Shown here piece by piece: positions 23,901 to 36,890 of a stretch of 64,000 bases of DNA; the stretch's first letter is position 1; each line of letters opens with the position of its first letter. Under the pieces are notes generated by a model. It did not search any database, was not told the DNA's origin, and saw only the letters and a program-made list of their open reading frames with translations. The translations under genes were made by a program, and so were the position numbers. Source of the stretch: Raillietiella orientalis (Eukaryota); contig JAYWIR010000005.1 in the NCBI GenBank assembly GCA_036172245.1, positions 4,960,001 to 5,024,000 on the forward strand, given 5' to 3'.

Positions 23901-26498
23901 AGGTGACTTCGGTCTCATGGAAGTTCGGTCTTTCGCACGGGGCTCCTGAAAGTGAAAATCACGTGACTGACGCGTCGACCGTCGGGACACCAGTGGCCAA
24001 CTCGGAAACTCGAGTTCAGACGCCCTTCAATCTGAAGTCACGGGAGATTGCCTCCTTTATCTTTAATAATCAATAATAATCCTCCTTTATCGATAATAAT
24101 CTCGCAGATCATTCTAAAATTCCAAAGCGATGCGAGCAGTGTCCTGTTTTCCCGGAGCTCCTGTAGCTGACAGGGACTTCCGGCGTGCGAGCGACCCACC
24201 AGATACGGAGCAAATTTCGCGTGCAGACGAAATGCCTCGCGGCGAAAAATTTTCGAAAAAGCAAAAGCAGAAAATTTTTTTTTTTTTTTCTCCTCTCCTA
24301 CCGATCCCGCCATCACGAGACCCGAATCATCTCTGAAATCGAAATCATTCAAGCCCTTTGCTTCGGTAAACTGTGCATTTGAAAAACGGCACAGCCTCAC
24401 CCAAGTGCTTGCGCGACCCTTTCAGTTTATATTGCATCTGCCTTAGCTCCACGGCACGCAGCTCGTTTCCATGTAGGAAATTAATTCCTCGAAGATCGTA
24501 AACTGAAAGATAGCTGTTTTATCAAGCCAACGCTTACAGCATTTCAGGAAAACAGCCATGAATTTCCATGGGAGGAGGAACTGTCCTTGGAACTTCCTAA
24601 AGAGAGTTTTTAAAGAAAATAAACAGACCATCAGATTCACTGGAGGAGACATAATGTGCATCTGCGTCCCGGATTAGATCACACGAGCAAAATTAAGTCC
24701 CGTGTAAACAGCGATGACAGGAACCCGAATGAACACTGAAACACGAATGAAAAATGAAACTCCAATCATCCCGAGGTTTTCATCCTTGTGAATTTCTCTC
24801 GAGGGCACTTTCATTCGCTGGTGTTATCAGGGAGAGATCAGTCGAAGGCACCTGAATTGATCCTCCTCCTCTTTTTTTTTTTTTTAATATATCTATATCT
24901 CTATATCTATTCAAGCAGCTTGTGTTGCTTTCAGAAGGCAGAGAGCCTTTGGAAGTTTGGCAGCAATGCCCTTCTTCCGTTAGTGAGATGGAGCAGTTTC
25001 ACCCGGAAGAGGCATAAAAATAGATTGGATTGATTTTCACAAAGCTTTCACTTGCTATCGGGAAGATATTTTAAATATTAGAAAATCCGCCGATAAACTC
25101 GAAATGGAGGTTTCGCTGAGACGGGGAAGGGAAGGAGTAAACGGCAAGTACGAGGACAAGGAGGAGAAGTGGCAGGAGAAAAATGCAATGACTTCACAGT
25201 TCTAGGGAAAATTGGGACAATTACCAAATTCACCGAGACTGAAGATCACACATTTCTAGCATCCCACAAGAGGAGTAAACATTTTGAAAGGAAAGCAAAG
25301 AAAAATTCCTGGAAACGTCAGCTCGTGAAATATTATAAAAATAAATCTGCAGCCTAGCTGGAACAGAGCGTATCAAGGAGGATGCTTTGAATGGACCACG
25401 AACGCGTTTCGGAATCCGCCATGAATGTAAAAAGTTTTTTTTTTTTTTTTGCGGCGAAGAGCAGTTTATTCACAGGATGTTCCTGAAAATTCAAGAGGGA
25501 ACCAGAAAATCTCCACGGATTCAAGGCTCTTTTAATCACGAAAGTTGCTGGTGTCTCAGCACCCGCGAGCATGACAGATATTTTCTTCAACAGTATGATC
25601 AAACTAAACAAGTTGCACAGCAGGAAAGGAAAAGGAGAGAGAGGAAGTTCCTAGGGCAAATCCCATCACTGTGAAGACGCTGCGCCCATTGGCTTAGGAC
25701 CTTCGTCTGATGGAAAAAAGCGATGAAGTCTGCATCTGCGCACAGAGAAGAAATGCCTTGGACGGGAAAGGCGCAGTATTATCAACATCCGCTGTCTCAC
25801 ACGAACTGAAGTAACGGGAAAAGGGAAAACAACGTGGCCCCCAATGCACCACTCCTGAAACAATTCACACGTGTTACACCACTTCCGCATTTCGAGGATT
25901 CCGGGGCAGGTAGCAAGCTGCCCCGAAACCTCCGGATTCCATAATAGGAACCTCGGCGCAAACGAGCGCGAAATGTGGCGCCACAGGTCCGCTTATACCA
26001 GATTCAGGCATTTTGGTCGGTGCAAAACTACAACCTGGCTTGCCTCACCTTCCTCACTGCTGAGGTCAGGTACTGTTCAGCAGAAACCTATCGCACTTCA
26101 GCGATCAGGATGAACCTGGCGGTAGCGCCCGCAGTCAAGTGGCATTCATTGAGGCTTTTGTACGTTACGAATCATTAAGATCCAGTCCGTGACTCCGTTA
26201 AGGTAACCGGGAAAGTCCGATCAGTGCCCGGATTTTTCTCCGTAAGATCCGAACTGATTTTCCCGGCAGATGCAACGGTGTGTCTCTTCGTTTTCTCACT
26301 CCGTATCTTCTAAGTACTGGTCTTTCGCGGTTTTTAAAGGGCACGCGCTGAGGGAGACTGGGTACGGAGCACGTTTCCCGAGGCAGAGGTCTGTTAAACT
26401 TGAACGAATGTCGATGATGCGCGCGTCGTCTATCTGATATAAAAGTTTCCGCATGATGAAGAGGTGTGCAACATCATCTTGTACCGTTTGTTTTCCAG

Positions 26499-26690
26499 AG
26501 GAGCCGGTCAGAATACGGTCTTCTTGTCCAACCAGAATGGCCAGCCAGAACCACGCATCAGCCTTCTCGGAAAGCCCATTAGCTACAAGCAAAACCGGAG
26601 AGACATGAGATACCGCCGGATACAGGGGAAAGTGTACAACTTTTTGGAAAGACCTCGAGGAATTCGACAGCTCTTATATCATCTTTCATT
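26499..26690 (+). CDS. KCNQ: KCNQ coding exon A (N-terminal/pre-S1)
   Basis: Translates GAGQNTVFLSNQNGQPEPRISLLGKPISYKQNRRDMRYRRIQGKVYNFLERPRGIRQLLYHLS. Acceptor ttttccag (alternative AG would start at 26501); donor gtaaga at 26691, phase 2. Confidence 0.93.
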
Positions 26691-27219
26691 GTAAGACCTT
26701 TGTTGCTTCTTTGTAAGCGCATAATTCGGAAAGGTTGATCGTGTCAGCAGTTGTCTTGGAAACGTGCTCTTTGAAAAGGAAGAACCTGTGCTCCAATTCG
26801 CGATGTTTGCAATTACGGCGACACGCTGCATGACCACTTTGTGTGCCGAAGAATACAATGGAAATGATTCTTGGACACATTTCCATCGTATTCGTTTTCG
26901 AAAGCCTTCCTCCTTGAAGGGCTCCTTGAAATCAGTCAGCTTTCAACGTGTCCTTTGACAGTCCTTTGAGAAGCTTTCGTTCGTTCAACCCTCCAAGGTA
27001 TAAATCATACCTGAACTAGTCTTCCCCCTTCCTTCTTTTCTTCCTCCCTCCTCTTCCCCCTTTCCTTCCCTACTCATAATAGTTCCATGGTGATTAACTT
27101 AGTAGTACCTGATCTAAGTTCGCAGCATGAAGGCAGATAGCCGTGAACCAACGCGAGGATAGGGTGATGCTAGGACTCGTTTCTCTTTGCGCATCCTTTG
27201 TTACCGTTTCCATGATTAA

Positions 27220-27833
27220 TGAAAAGAGACGAGGAGCGAAATTCATGGAAGGAGTTTCCACTTGAATTTTCGAATTGCCTTCAACGTGCGGACAGCACTG
27301 TGTGGGACCAAAGAGTGTGTGCTTTTGGTGGACTTTCTGGAGCCTGGAACAACCGTCACTTTGCAAGGCTTCTGCGCGACCTTTTCAAAACAGCGGCGTG
27401 CCATTCAGCAGAACCGACGACGTGGATGATGCTGAGATCAGGAATTGTCCTCCTTCACGGCAACGCGCGCCCACACACTGCTGCCCGGACATTCCAGACA
27501 ACTCGGAAATTCGAATGGGAACTTTTTAATTACCCACCTTACAGTCCTGACCCGCGCCCAGCGACTACCACGTCTTCCTTCCCGCACCTCAAGAAGTGGC
27601 TCGACGATTCGAGGGGGAAAGGGAGGAGTTGAAAACCGCAGTGCTGCTGAAGTGGCTAAACTCCCAGGAGGCGGAATTTCATGCAGAGGGTTTCAAAAAG
27701 CTCGTTCCACGGTGAAAAAATGGGGACAAGGATATGGGGACGTATGTGTTTCGGACCACTCATGCATTTTTGTTGCTCCTATTTTTTCTTTCTTTATATC
27801 TGATCAGCCATTACTTTGGAAATGAGCCTCGTA
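27220..27833 (+). mobile_element. Decayed, 5'-truncated mariner (Tc1/mariner) transposon with right terminal inverted repeat
   Basis: Frameshifted transposase motifs TV-WDQ, VLLVDFLEPGTTV, IVLLHGNARPHTAA (normally HDNARPH), WELFNYPPYSPD, FPHLKKWL, GFQKLVPR. Ends in ttactttggaaatgagcctcg-ta (reverse complement TACGAGG...AAAGTAA, mariner-type end plus TA). Confidence 0.9.
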
Positions 27834-28539
27834 CATTGAAGTATTTTCCTAGCTTTAAAACCAAAAAATTCTTCTGTCTCTTCATCAAAATTATTTTTTT
27901 CTCTGAGAGATATGTGGAATCTGTGGATGCAACATTGGTTAGAACCCTCGAACCCGGATACAATATTGTTTTCCATAATTGCAAGCGAATATGGGGTGAA
28001 TTTATTTGCACTAAGGCAGGTTCCTCTCTTGCAATCGACCTTTTGTGTGCTTTTCAAATCAGGTAGCGACTCTGTGCAGCACTCTCTTGTGCAGTTCAGA
28101 AAACCCGCACCTGTTGCGCCCTTGGCAGTCGTTCATCTGACTTTCTCTGTCTTGACTCTACAATTTGGCACCATTATGGGATATGAGATAGAGTATCACA
28201 CATCAGAGTAAATGACGCTTTCTTCCTTGTGTCTTTGAAACTCTCCACCCCCCCCACACACACAAGTTTACACTTATATCTTCCTGTTTCTGTGCCATGA
28301 CTATTCAGGTGGACGGATTTTTGCGAGGGTCCTTCCCCATGGATTGTGTGGGAACATTTTCGGAGAGACTGTCCCTTGAGAAATGCATCTCGAAACGCAC
28401 TGGTGCACTAGCCATCAACTGCCGAATCGACATCCGGCGATCTTTAAGCGATGAGGTTGTCTTGGATCCGACAGAACTGGCGGACCTCATCTCGAAAACT
28501 GCGCTCGTGCTGCAGTTTCAGCATCCCGTAACAGGACCT

Positions 28540-28880
28540 TCTATCTTCTACCAGGGTGCATGCAAGGAAGACTTTGCATTCAGGAATTTTGGCGGGTGGC
28601 GACGCTGCGGATGACAAACACGGCAGTACCGAAAGTGCCAAGTCGTCGGCGCTCATCTGATCGGAATCCCCACCGAGAGAGCCCAAAAGTGAGACCACAA
28701 ACGCGGAAAAAGATCATGCAGGCAGATCGGACAAGTTTGCCGGTGGCACGAGGCGGAGAGGTGCTTGCCTTTGAGGAATGGTGGCTTCACTGTTGTCCTG
28801 GGGCACATCACGGAAGCGGAGGCGAAGCAAATGCCGGAATGGGAAGCGGCTGGAGATCGGTCATGGTGGCACCATGAGCA
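28540..28880 (+). mobile_element. Degenerate RTE-like LINE 3' remnant
   Basis: Ordered motifs across frames: CIQEFWRVATLRMTNTAV, GGTRRRG, WEAAGDRSWW (compare CLRRILxIxWxDxxTNxxV...GxRRRG...WExxAxDRxxW). Confidence 0.5.
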
Positions 28881-31354
28881 GCTCAAAAATAAAATCGGGA
28901 AACGCTCATTTCCGATGGGGTCAATAAAGAACATTTTCTTTCAAACGGAAAAGCGTCGTGTAATGAAGGATCAGTTTTTTCATCCCGCCACGCCGAGGTG
29001 CTTCTTCCAGAACAGTCAACAAACAAATCGGGAACACAGGAAAAGCAACAAGAAAAACAAGTCAACGTGTCGGCTGCTGAAGGCTTGTATCTGGTGGTAA
29101 ATATCGCATGAAGAGATCGACGGCGGTTGAGTTCCTGCCTGCAGCTTGGCAACCAAGGCATTCCGTGTGTTATCAGGTTGTGACGCTTCCAAAGGAAGTG
29201 ATCGCGAAACGTGCTTGAGGAGCGCACAAGAGAAAGTAGACGAGATATATCATCACAAGAGCAGAATAGCAAAACCTGTGGTAAAGGAAGAGCACGTGCT
29301 TGGAGAACCCACTTTGCATTCACGACTGCTCCACATGTGACACATTTGATCTTCCTCCTGATTCTACCTGTTGTGCCCACAAGTCATCAACAAAGATGGA
29401 TTTGTTTGAAAAATCAGTCTTTGGCGAAATTATCAATCAATGGTCCTCCCACTCTAGACTTCATCCCCACTAGATGAATGCGGAGTCTTGTTTTCAGGAC
29501 GAGACTCTGAAAGCAAAAAGAATATTCTGAAGGGTATGATGCGCTGGGGCCCCAATTTCACAGCGGTTGATCTTCGATAAGATTATCAGACGTAACTCTG
29601 TTCCATAGCACTTTCTACCGAACATCCTCAATTTTGCCACGATCGAAACTTTTAGAAATTCCAAGGCTGTCAAGATTGTGAGATGATTGGATGAAATCTG
29701 CATGATTCCCCCCCCCTGAACAGAGTACGATAAGAACAATCTGTCTGGGTGTAGATTCCTTGCATCTTTCTGCGAAAGCCATTCCGGTCTAAGAAACAGA
29801 AAAACGAATACGTAGATGCAAGATGCAGATTGTGAGTCCTAAAATGGGTGAGCAGGGGATATAGTAAATCGGTTTCCAACCTCGCCTCAAGGAGATGAGT
29901 CTGGTTAGCGGAACCTGGTTTCGCATTGTAATTACAAATTAGGGAATTCTATCCGTTAATAACAAGTTTTTGCAGTTGCGGGAGATGAGCGTCTTTGCTA
30001 CTCACAGTTCATCCGAGGAATTCTGTTAGTGCCAAGGGTTTCCAGTCTTTGAGATTGCAGGAAGAAGTCGAAGGCAGTTTTCAAGAGTCCCACGCCAATG
30101 CACTTCAGGGTGTCTCATCATGGTCTCATCTCATCACGTTATCGGACTTTTGAGTGAACACCTTTCGTGATGGAACACAATGGCTCCAATGAATCATGCA
30201 AATCTCATCTAAAAGTGACAGCATTGCCAATTTCGAGGATTTCTAAAAGGAGAAACATCTTCAGCATTGGAGCGATAAGGAACAGAATTCATTCCATAGC
30301 GTGCGCGCAAGCTGCTGAGAAATCTTGCAAGAAACTCACTGCACCCGAAGCCTCCGAAGGGTAGATAAAGGCGGACATCAGGCAGAAGACAGTAACTTTC
30401 TATTCATAAGCATCTGTAAATTTTGTTTGGAATGATTCAAGGCACTATTTGGGCGAATGATGAAGGATACTGAAGTCACTAGAACGACTTCTTTCTTGGT
30501 GTTCAAAGATTTCGATTCCTCTCTTGTGCTCAAGACACTTTTTTTCTCAAGCACCTTTCCCCCCCTTCCTCTCTCCAGTCAGTTTGCGGAAGTGCCTGCA
30601 GTCAGGTATTGAATCGGAAGGAAAAAAACCGAAAACTGATCTTGCTTCAACAGTGTTCGAAAGTGACATCAGATTCTTTCCCCTTCCGTTTGCAGACTCC
30701 TAATGTCTCTTGCTCGCGGGACCGGTGTTCCAGCTCTGTTCGAGCGGCAGCAAGCATCGACAGATGCTCGTTCACTGCCACCATCCAAGGTGCCAAGGCA
30801 ACCACGAATCTGTTTTCAATAGCCCCCTGCATGGCGCTTCATGTTTTTTTCTGCTGCTGGGTTTGATCTCCACGTGTCTCTTAGATTGCAGTGAACGCTG
30901 AAGGGATTTGCACATGGCCCACTAGGTTTTCGGATTTCGTCCATGGACATATCGACTTTCTTGTTTCACAAGCTAATCAGTGATTGCATTTCGGACATTT
31001 TCCTCGATTTAGGAGCTGCGTCCGAATGATGTTGCCAAAAATATTCATTTCTGAGGTCTCGAGTCCCTCTGCATGCGTTCAACATCTACCCTCGATTTAT
31101 CAGCCAGCATAGACACAGTGATCTCAGACCAATGCGCCCCGTTTAGAAATGTGCGAACAGTGGCCCCCTGAAGTAATCGAAAACTGCAGTGGATATCTAA
31201 GTGCATGCTTGAGGGATTCATTTAATCCCACTGGTTGAATCTGTTTTATCTTCTTCATCAGATTTCTAACGAGCACTTTGATTTTTTCATGAATTGTAAA
31301 GATCCGTGCTAACACGAATTTCTGCCCGGATGCTTCCGATGTCTGTCATTTCAG

Positions 31355-31489
31355 ATTTTTGTTCGTGTTCGTCTGTTTAGTCCTTAGTGTTTTTTCTACA
31401 ATCGATGAATACGAGGAACTGGCAGGGATAATTCTTTTCTATATGGAACTTTTCGTCGTGTTTTGGTTCATTCTGGAATTCTGGATCAG
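31355..31489 (+). CDS. KCNQ: KCNQ coding exon B (S1-S2)
   Basis: Not in the ORF track. Read manually as FLFVFVCLVLSVFSTIDEYEELAGIILFYMELFVVFWFILEFWI(R). Acceptor catttcag, donor gtgagt; phase 2/2. Confidence 0.95.
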
Positions 31490-33653
31490 GTGAGTCCCTT
31501 GGTTTGCTTGTTTCGCTGAGTCGTACTTTCCAAAGAGACGTATTTCAATGAGGCGTCAGTTCGAGATCGTTTAGCATCATCATCACAAAGGAAGATCACT
31601 TTCTGGCGTGAAATTTCCCTTTTTTTTTTTTTTTTTTCCAACGCACGTTAATCTACCCCAGTGCTCACCGATTCAAAACGTCCAAAAGATATCTGCTTTC
31701 AAAGCATACGGGTGAATGCATTTTTGAAATTTGGAAAAAGTGCCCTTGTATGATTTCTTTCTTCCTAAATATTTCGGAACATCCGCTAATTAAGATACAA
31801 AGTTGCAAATCAGCAAACTCTACATCCTAAGCCTGTTTTTTCGCATCAGTGTCGGAAGACCCATGATTAAGCATGCACCAGGGTCCACGCTCCATCCCAA
31901 TCCCCTTGTTCCAGAACGTCTGCCTTTTCAGTTATTCCAAGAAGCTAATACTTCATGTAGTTTTCATTGGCACCATCGCGGTGGGTGAAACCAGTCCATG
32001 AGGTGGACCTCATTCGAACTACCATGGAAACGTTTCCTGAAGAGTGCGTTGACAATTCCACTCCTGCTGTTCGCTGCCATCCATCTCCCTAGCGAATGCG
32101 TGTCTTTGGCACCTGCTGAACGAGCAAGCAAGCTGGGACGAGACTCCGAAAATCCAGACGAAGAATAGGCCAAACACGTGCTTTGGGATCCCGATCAAAA
32201 CTCGCATTTTCCAATGTGCTTTCTGGTGTTTTTGAATCACGAGCAAGAAAGAGGAAAGAGCAACAACTGTTTGAGCAGTTGGACTTTGAGCAATGCTCGT
32301 GGTTCCCAAGCCCTTTTCTCGGAAGGTAGGCAGCAGTCGGATAAATAAATCACAGCACTCCGTCATGAAGTGGGGATGCTGACAAAAAGGCGATTCTCGA
32401 AGCACACGAGATAAGTGCAATTTCGAAGGCAAGAAAAATGACTTGGTAACTTTTTGTAGAAGCAAGAGGTCAATCCCCTCGTTCTCGAATCAGCCTTGGA
32501 TGATGCGACACCAAAGAGTTCACCTAGCTCTCTCTGCGTAGGGATTGTTATATCCAGGGAAACCCCAATCACTTCTGGATGAATTCTCACGGGAAATCGA
32601 AATGCACCACTTTTCCATGGCTTCCGGATGGCGAACCAGTCACACGACTGAAGTGATATTTCGGGTCATGTCGCTGAAGGGCAATCAGAATTTATGAATG
32701 GATCCAAAATGCAGACTTTTGACACCGAAGCGGATAACTTATTTAGCTTTCATTATGGCGATGGAAACTTTAGGCTGATGCTTTGCATCACGGAGCATGC
32801 AGGCCTTCAGGTGGAAGACGTTCATGTTCGCATGTAAATCTACAGATATTTGCTCTTTGTGGAGCTAAAAACAAAAAATTGCGGATTACCGTTAGGATTC
32901 GAGATATTTGAAACTTGACGTGAAAGCAGCTAAAGCACGATCGTCTATCATGGACAACGATAAGTTTATGATAAGATCGCTCATAACCAGGAATGACCCC
33001 ATTCTCATTATCAAGGGAATGGCAAAGAGATTTTGTTTGCCATGAAAACTGATGCGAGAAACCCACCAGCCGAAGGAATGTTTTCCACATTTGCCTTGAA
33101 AGAGAGGAACTAAAATTACTGCTCCCATACTATTTCTGAGTAACCAGGAATGGTAGCCGGCATTTTAGTTACTGTTGAAATGAGTTTCCTGATGGTTTCG
33201 TGTGAGAGGGTGATGGGCAGAATTCTGTGAGCTCTGCTCCAAACGCAGTTCGTCTCACAAGAAGAAAGGCATCGCACTGTCTCACACGCTTCTCATCTAC
33301 ATAGGGAAAGAGCGCCAGCTTGCGATTCGCTCATCGCCTTCGATGATAGCACGCTGGAAAGCATCAGTAACACGCTTCCCTGGTAGAGCACGGGAGTCGA
33401 ATCTTCTTTTATCTCGAAATCTGCCAGGATGAACAGCATGGTGAGCCGTTTCCGATCTTTTCGTGTAGACCCCTGCTGACCTCTTTGTGATAATTTGCGG
33501 TTGCGTCTTCTGTCGGATTGGATAGTAGAGAATTGGTTGCGAGTCCCTTTTGAGTGATTGCCGTGACGCAGATCCACGAAAATAGAGCAAATCTTCACTC
33601 TGGGTGGTCCAGGGTCATTCCCTGGGAAACCATTCAGCAGGAACCAATCTAGT

Positions 33654-33693
33654 CTCATTGTTTTCATGCACTCGAGTGCATGAAAACAATGAG
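33654..33693. repeat. Perfect 40-bp spacerless palindrome
   Basis: ctcattgttttcatgcactc|gagtgcatgaaaacaatgag. Confidence 0.97.
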
Positions 33694-34322
33694 TTGTTTC
33701 TCATTGTTTTCTAGAGAACTTTCCGGAATAATTTTTTCTTCTCAACTTTGAGACCTTCGTGGAGACCAGAAGGACGGAAAGACTGGTCACTGAGAAAGTC
33801 CTCACAGTTGCTGGAATATTCAAAGGCCCCTGCCCACAAAACATCCTGAAACACACACAGCACGCACACGCGCACAAAAGAAAAAGGAAAAAAAATTCCA
33901 GTTTGAATCGCCAGTTCGAAGGGAGCATGGGACACCCTTGCGCGGGCACCATGCGAAGAGTGTCCTCAAGGCAATAAAAGGAAACATAGATATATCCGCA
34001 AGACCCCTTTGCACACTGCACGGATTGCCGTACATCGCCGCTGCAAATGAAGGCTAATCATGAGCTCAGGTCTCCGTAAATGAATCTCTTCCACGCTAAA
34101 GTCTTTTCGCGGGGAGCGGTAGAGCTATCGGTAACATTTCGCTACGTTTCTTTCTAGAAGTTGCCGTGGCTGGCAACCGTCCCTGGAGGAAATCAGGGGA
34201 TGAATGCGAAGAGAAATGTGAAATTCCATTTCAACCTAATTGCACTGAAGATTACTTGTGAGAAGAGCTTCCGGAAATTCCCTAAGGGAAAAATTTAATT
34301 CCAAAGTTGATTCTCTTCCTGC

Positions 34323-34336
34323 CTCTCTCTCTCTCT

Positions 34337-34369
<33 letters not shown>
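34323..34369. repeat. Compound (CT)n(CA)n microsatellite
   Basis: Direct reading of the sequence. Confidence 0.95.
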
Positions 34370-35214
34370 GAAAAAAGCAAAAACAGAAACAGGCTAAGGT
34401 GGTGAGGATGCTGGAGCGAGATCCGGTCTCTGATGGGTCACACAATCGTCGCGTGAACACCTGTTGGTAGACCCCCCACGACCCACCGGGCTGCGCGCGT
34501 GGTGGGTTGCGGAAGAGGCCTTCCTCGGAAGCGCAGTGGCAAGGAGACTGCCCCTCTCTCTGGATGTCGTCGTTCCTGAGGCCTTCCTGCGGCTGGGGAG
34601 AAAAAGAAAGTCACAGTGGACCCACAGGGGGCTGCTTCTGCAGCCCCCTGTCGGCGCAGTGCTGACTCTAGCCTTCGAAAGGAGGAGGGAAACCCGAGGG
34701 GTTTGGCGAACCCAAGGCGCAGCGGATGGATCTCGCAATCCCGTCACGGGTGTTGAAGAAAACTTTTCGGACTCGCCTCGGAGAGGTTGGGAATGTCTCA
34801 GCGGTTTCCTCATTGAAAAGAGTGTCCCGGACAGGAAGCTTCCTGTTGCGTCTAGGAGACGAGCTCACTAGTGATCTCCTCCTTCTTCCCCTTTAAGCAG
34901 GCCTTTCTCTCCACCCCTCGTCCCCAGCTTCACTTTTCCCTCTCCCAAATTCCTCCTCTCTACCCCCCCGGGGGGACCATCGGTGACCTATACTGGATTC
35001 TGCGCCTCTACATCTTCGTTTAATCTTTTCCCGGCGGTGCCAAGTGATGTTGACAGCCTCGGTCATGCACGAAAACCCGCGAGAGGAACCGTGCAGTAGT
35101 TCATCCTCCAGCCCATATTCCACTCCGGATCACCAAGTGACGACGCCTGCGGCCTTTCCTCGGAGTTCGATCGAGTGCGACTTCGTTTTGCCACCGCGGC
35201 GCTCCGGTGTCGGA

Positions 35215-35421
35215 GAAGCAGGGAGGGAAAAATTCCTGGGAGGGGAATAGAATACTCCGCGCCTAGAGTCCAAGGAAAGCCGCAGAGAGACAGAGCTTGG
35301 ATCTCCGTCGCCATGGCGGCGGAGTCAAGGAGTTTCCACGCGTTCTGTATCACGGACGGGGAGGAGCAGGAGTCGTCGGAAAAAGCACAGGAAAACCGGC
35401 AATGAGGGGTAACTGACGGAC
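35215..35421 (+). repeat. Left arm of an intronic inverted repeat (partner about 36376-36585)
   Basis: Core 35300-35372 versus reverse complement of 36424-36496: 64/73 identical, ungapped. Flanks align more loosely. Confidence 0.9.
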
Positions 35422-36375
35422 AGGGAGGGAAGGAAGGCGAAGGATGCGAGAAAGGATTGAACGGTGGAGCGAATCGACGCATCTTTGCTCCCCCGCGTTC
35501 ATCGACCCGTCTCTGACCTGCGTGTCCGTCCGCTCTTTTGGTTCCTGCCGGGATGAAGCGGGCGCGGCCTCCGCTCGCGAGCGCCGCTTTCAGGGTCTCC
35601 TCCATTTTCCCGGCTGAAATCCTTGGAGCTCTTCCGTTCCGTTCCAGGACACAGTAGCAGCGCGTTCCCGAGGAGCGCTCAGGACTCGGCGGTCCCTCCT
35701 GGTCCCATGTCACACGGCACGCCAGCCACGATGGCTCATTAATATTAACTATCGTTTCCAAGGGTTACTACTCCAACGGGAGGACCGTTTGGCACACAGA
35801 TGCCTCTTGCAGCGTCGAGAGAGCCACCCCAGAACCCTTGCGCGCCTCCTGGCGAGATGAGCCGGGCCAGCACTGGGGTCGGCCCTCCCCGTCTCGGCTC
35901 TGGACGCGGCCAAGGTTCGAGAATGCGCCTCCGGCGCATGGCCCTTGTCGCCCGCGCGGCTTCTCCGTCTCCTCCTCGAAGCGGAGGTTCTTCGATTTGG
36001 CCCTCCTTTCGCTCGTCCTCCTTGCCCCACCCTTCGGGCGTTCGCGGTCTTCGTATAGGGGAAGTGCTTCGTCGGTTCGGGCGGCTGGGCGGCGGTTCCC
36101 TCGACTGAGTGGAAGGGTGGCGTTCGCTGCATCCTGGAGCCTCGTCCGAGGGAATCCCCCACGATGAAAGCTCCTGGTTGCGGTCAGCTAGGCGCGCGTT
36201 GCTCCTTCCGCTGGTAGGGAGCTCCTCCAATCGGCTCCCGGATGTATTCTCCTTCTTCCGCTCCTTTCTCCTCCTCGCGTTTTCAGGATTTCCTGTCTTT
36301 GGAGGCTTTCCCTCTCGTACCGCATCCCGCTCAGGCAAGTCCTCCATCCCCGTCGCAGCGACCCACCGTCTCGGT

Positions 36376-36585
36376 TCCGTCAGTGCCCCCATTCTCGATT
36401 TCTCTGTGTGCCTTTCGCGGCAGCTCCTGCTCCTCCTCGTCCGCGACACGGAACGCGTGGAAATTCCCTGCCTCTGCCGCCATGGCGACGGAGGTCCGAG
36501 CTTCGTCTCCCCGCAACTTTCCGCTGACCCTGGGCGCCGGGCGCTTCTCTGTTCCGCCCGGGAACCTTTCCCTCCCTCCGCTTCC
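36376..36585 (-). repeat. Right arm of an intronic inverted repeat (partner about 35215-35421)
   Basis: Same alignment; visible as SVAMAAE..FHAF in ORFs 35175..35405(+) and 36331..36801(-). Confidence 0.9.
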
Positions 36586-36807
36586 CGGAAGCCGCCTTCC
36601 TCCCTTCCGGCTCCGCTCTACGGCACGCTCCCCCTTCCTCCTCGTGCATCCCTCCTCCTGTCGCGCCGCCCTCGTTCCCGAAACTTTCCTCATCCGCTGC
36701 CGCTCTGCTCCGAACGGGAGTGGGACCTCTGGCCGCGGGCGAGCGTGACAGTCCCGCTTCTCTCCGAGGGGGAACGCCCTTCCAGTAACGATGTGGTGCA
36801 CTTTCAG

Positions 36808-36890
36808 ATTGTGGTCCTCGGGCTGTCGTTCAAGATATCAGGGAGCCCTGGGTAGGCTGAAATTCATGAAACGCCCCTTTTGCATCTTAG
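36808..36890 (+). CDS. KCNQ: KCNQ coding exon C (S2-S3 linker)
   Basis: LWSSGCRSRYQGALGRLKFMKRPFCIL(D). Acceptor ctttcag, donor gtaaga; phase 2/1. Confidence 0.95.

Noticed and set aside
33654..33714. Helitron 3' end (hairpin followed by CTAG)
   Set aside because: The palindrome is long and AT-rich, the CTAG is followed by A instead of T, and no 5' end or Rep/helicase remnant is seen.
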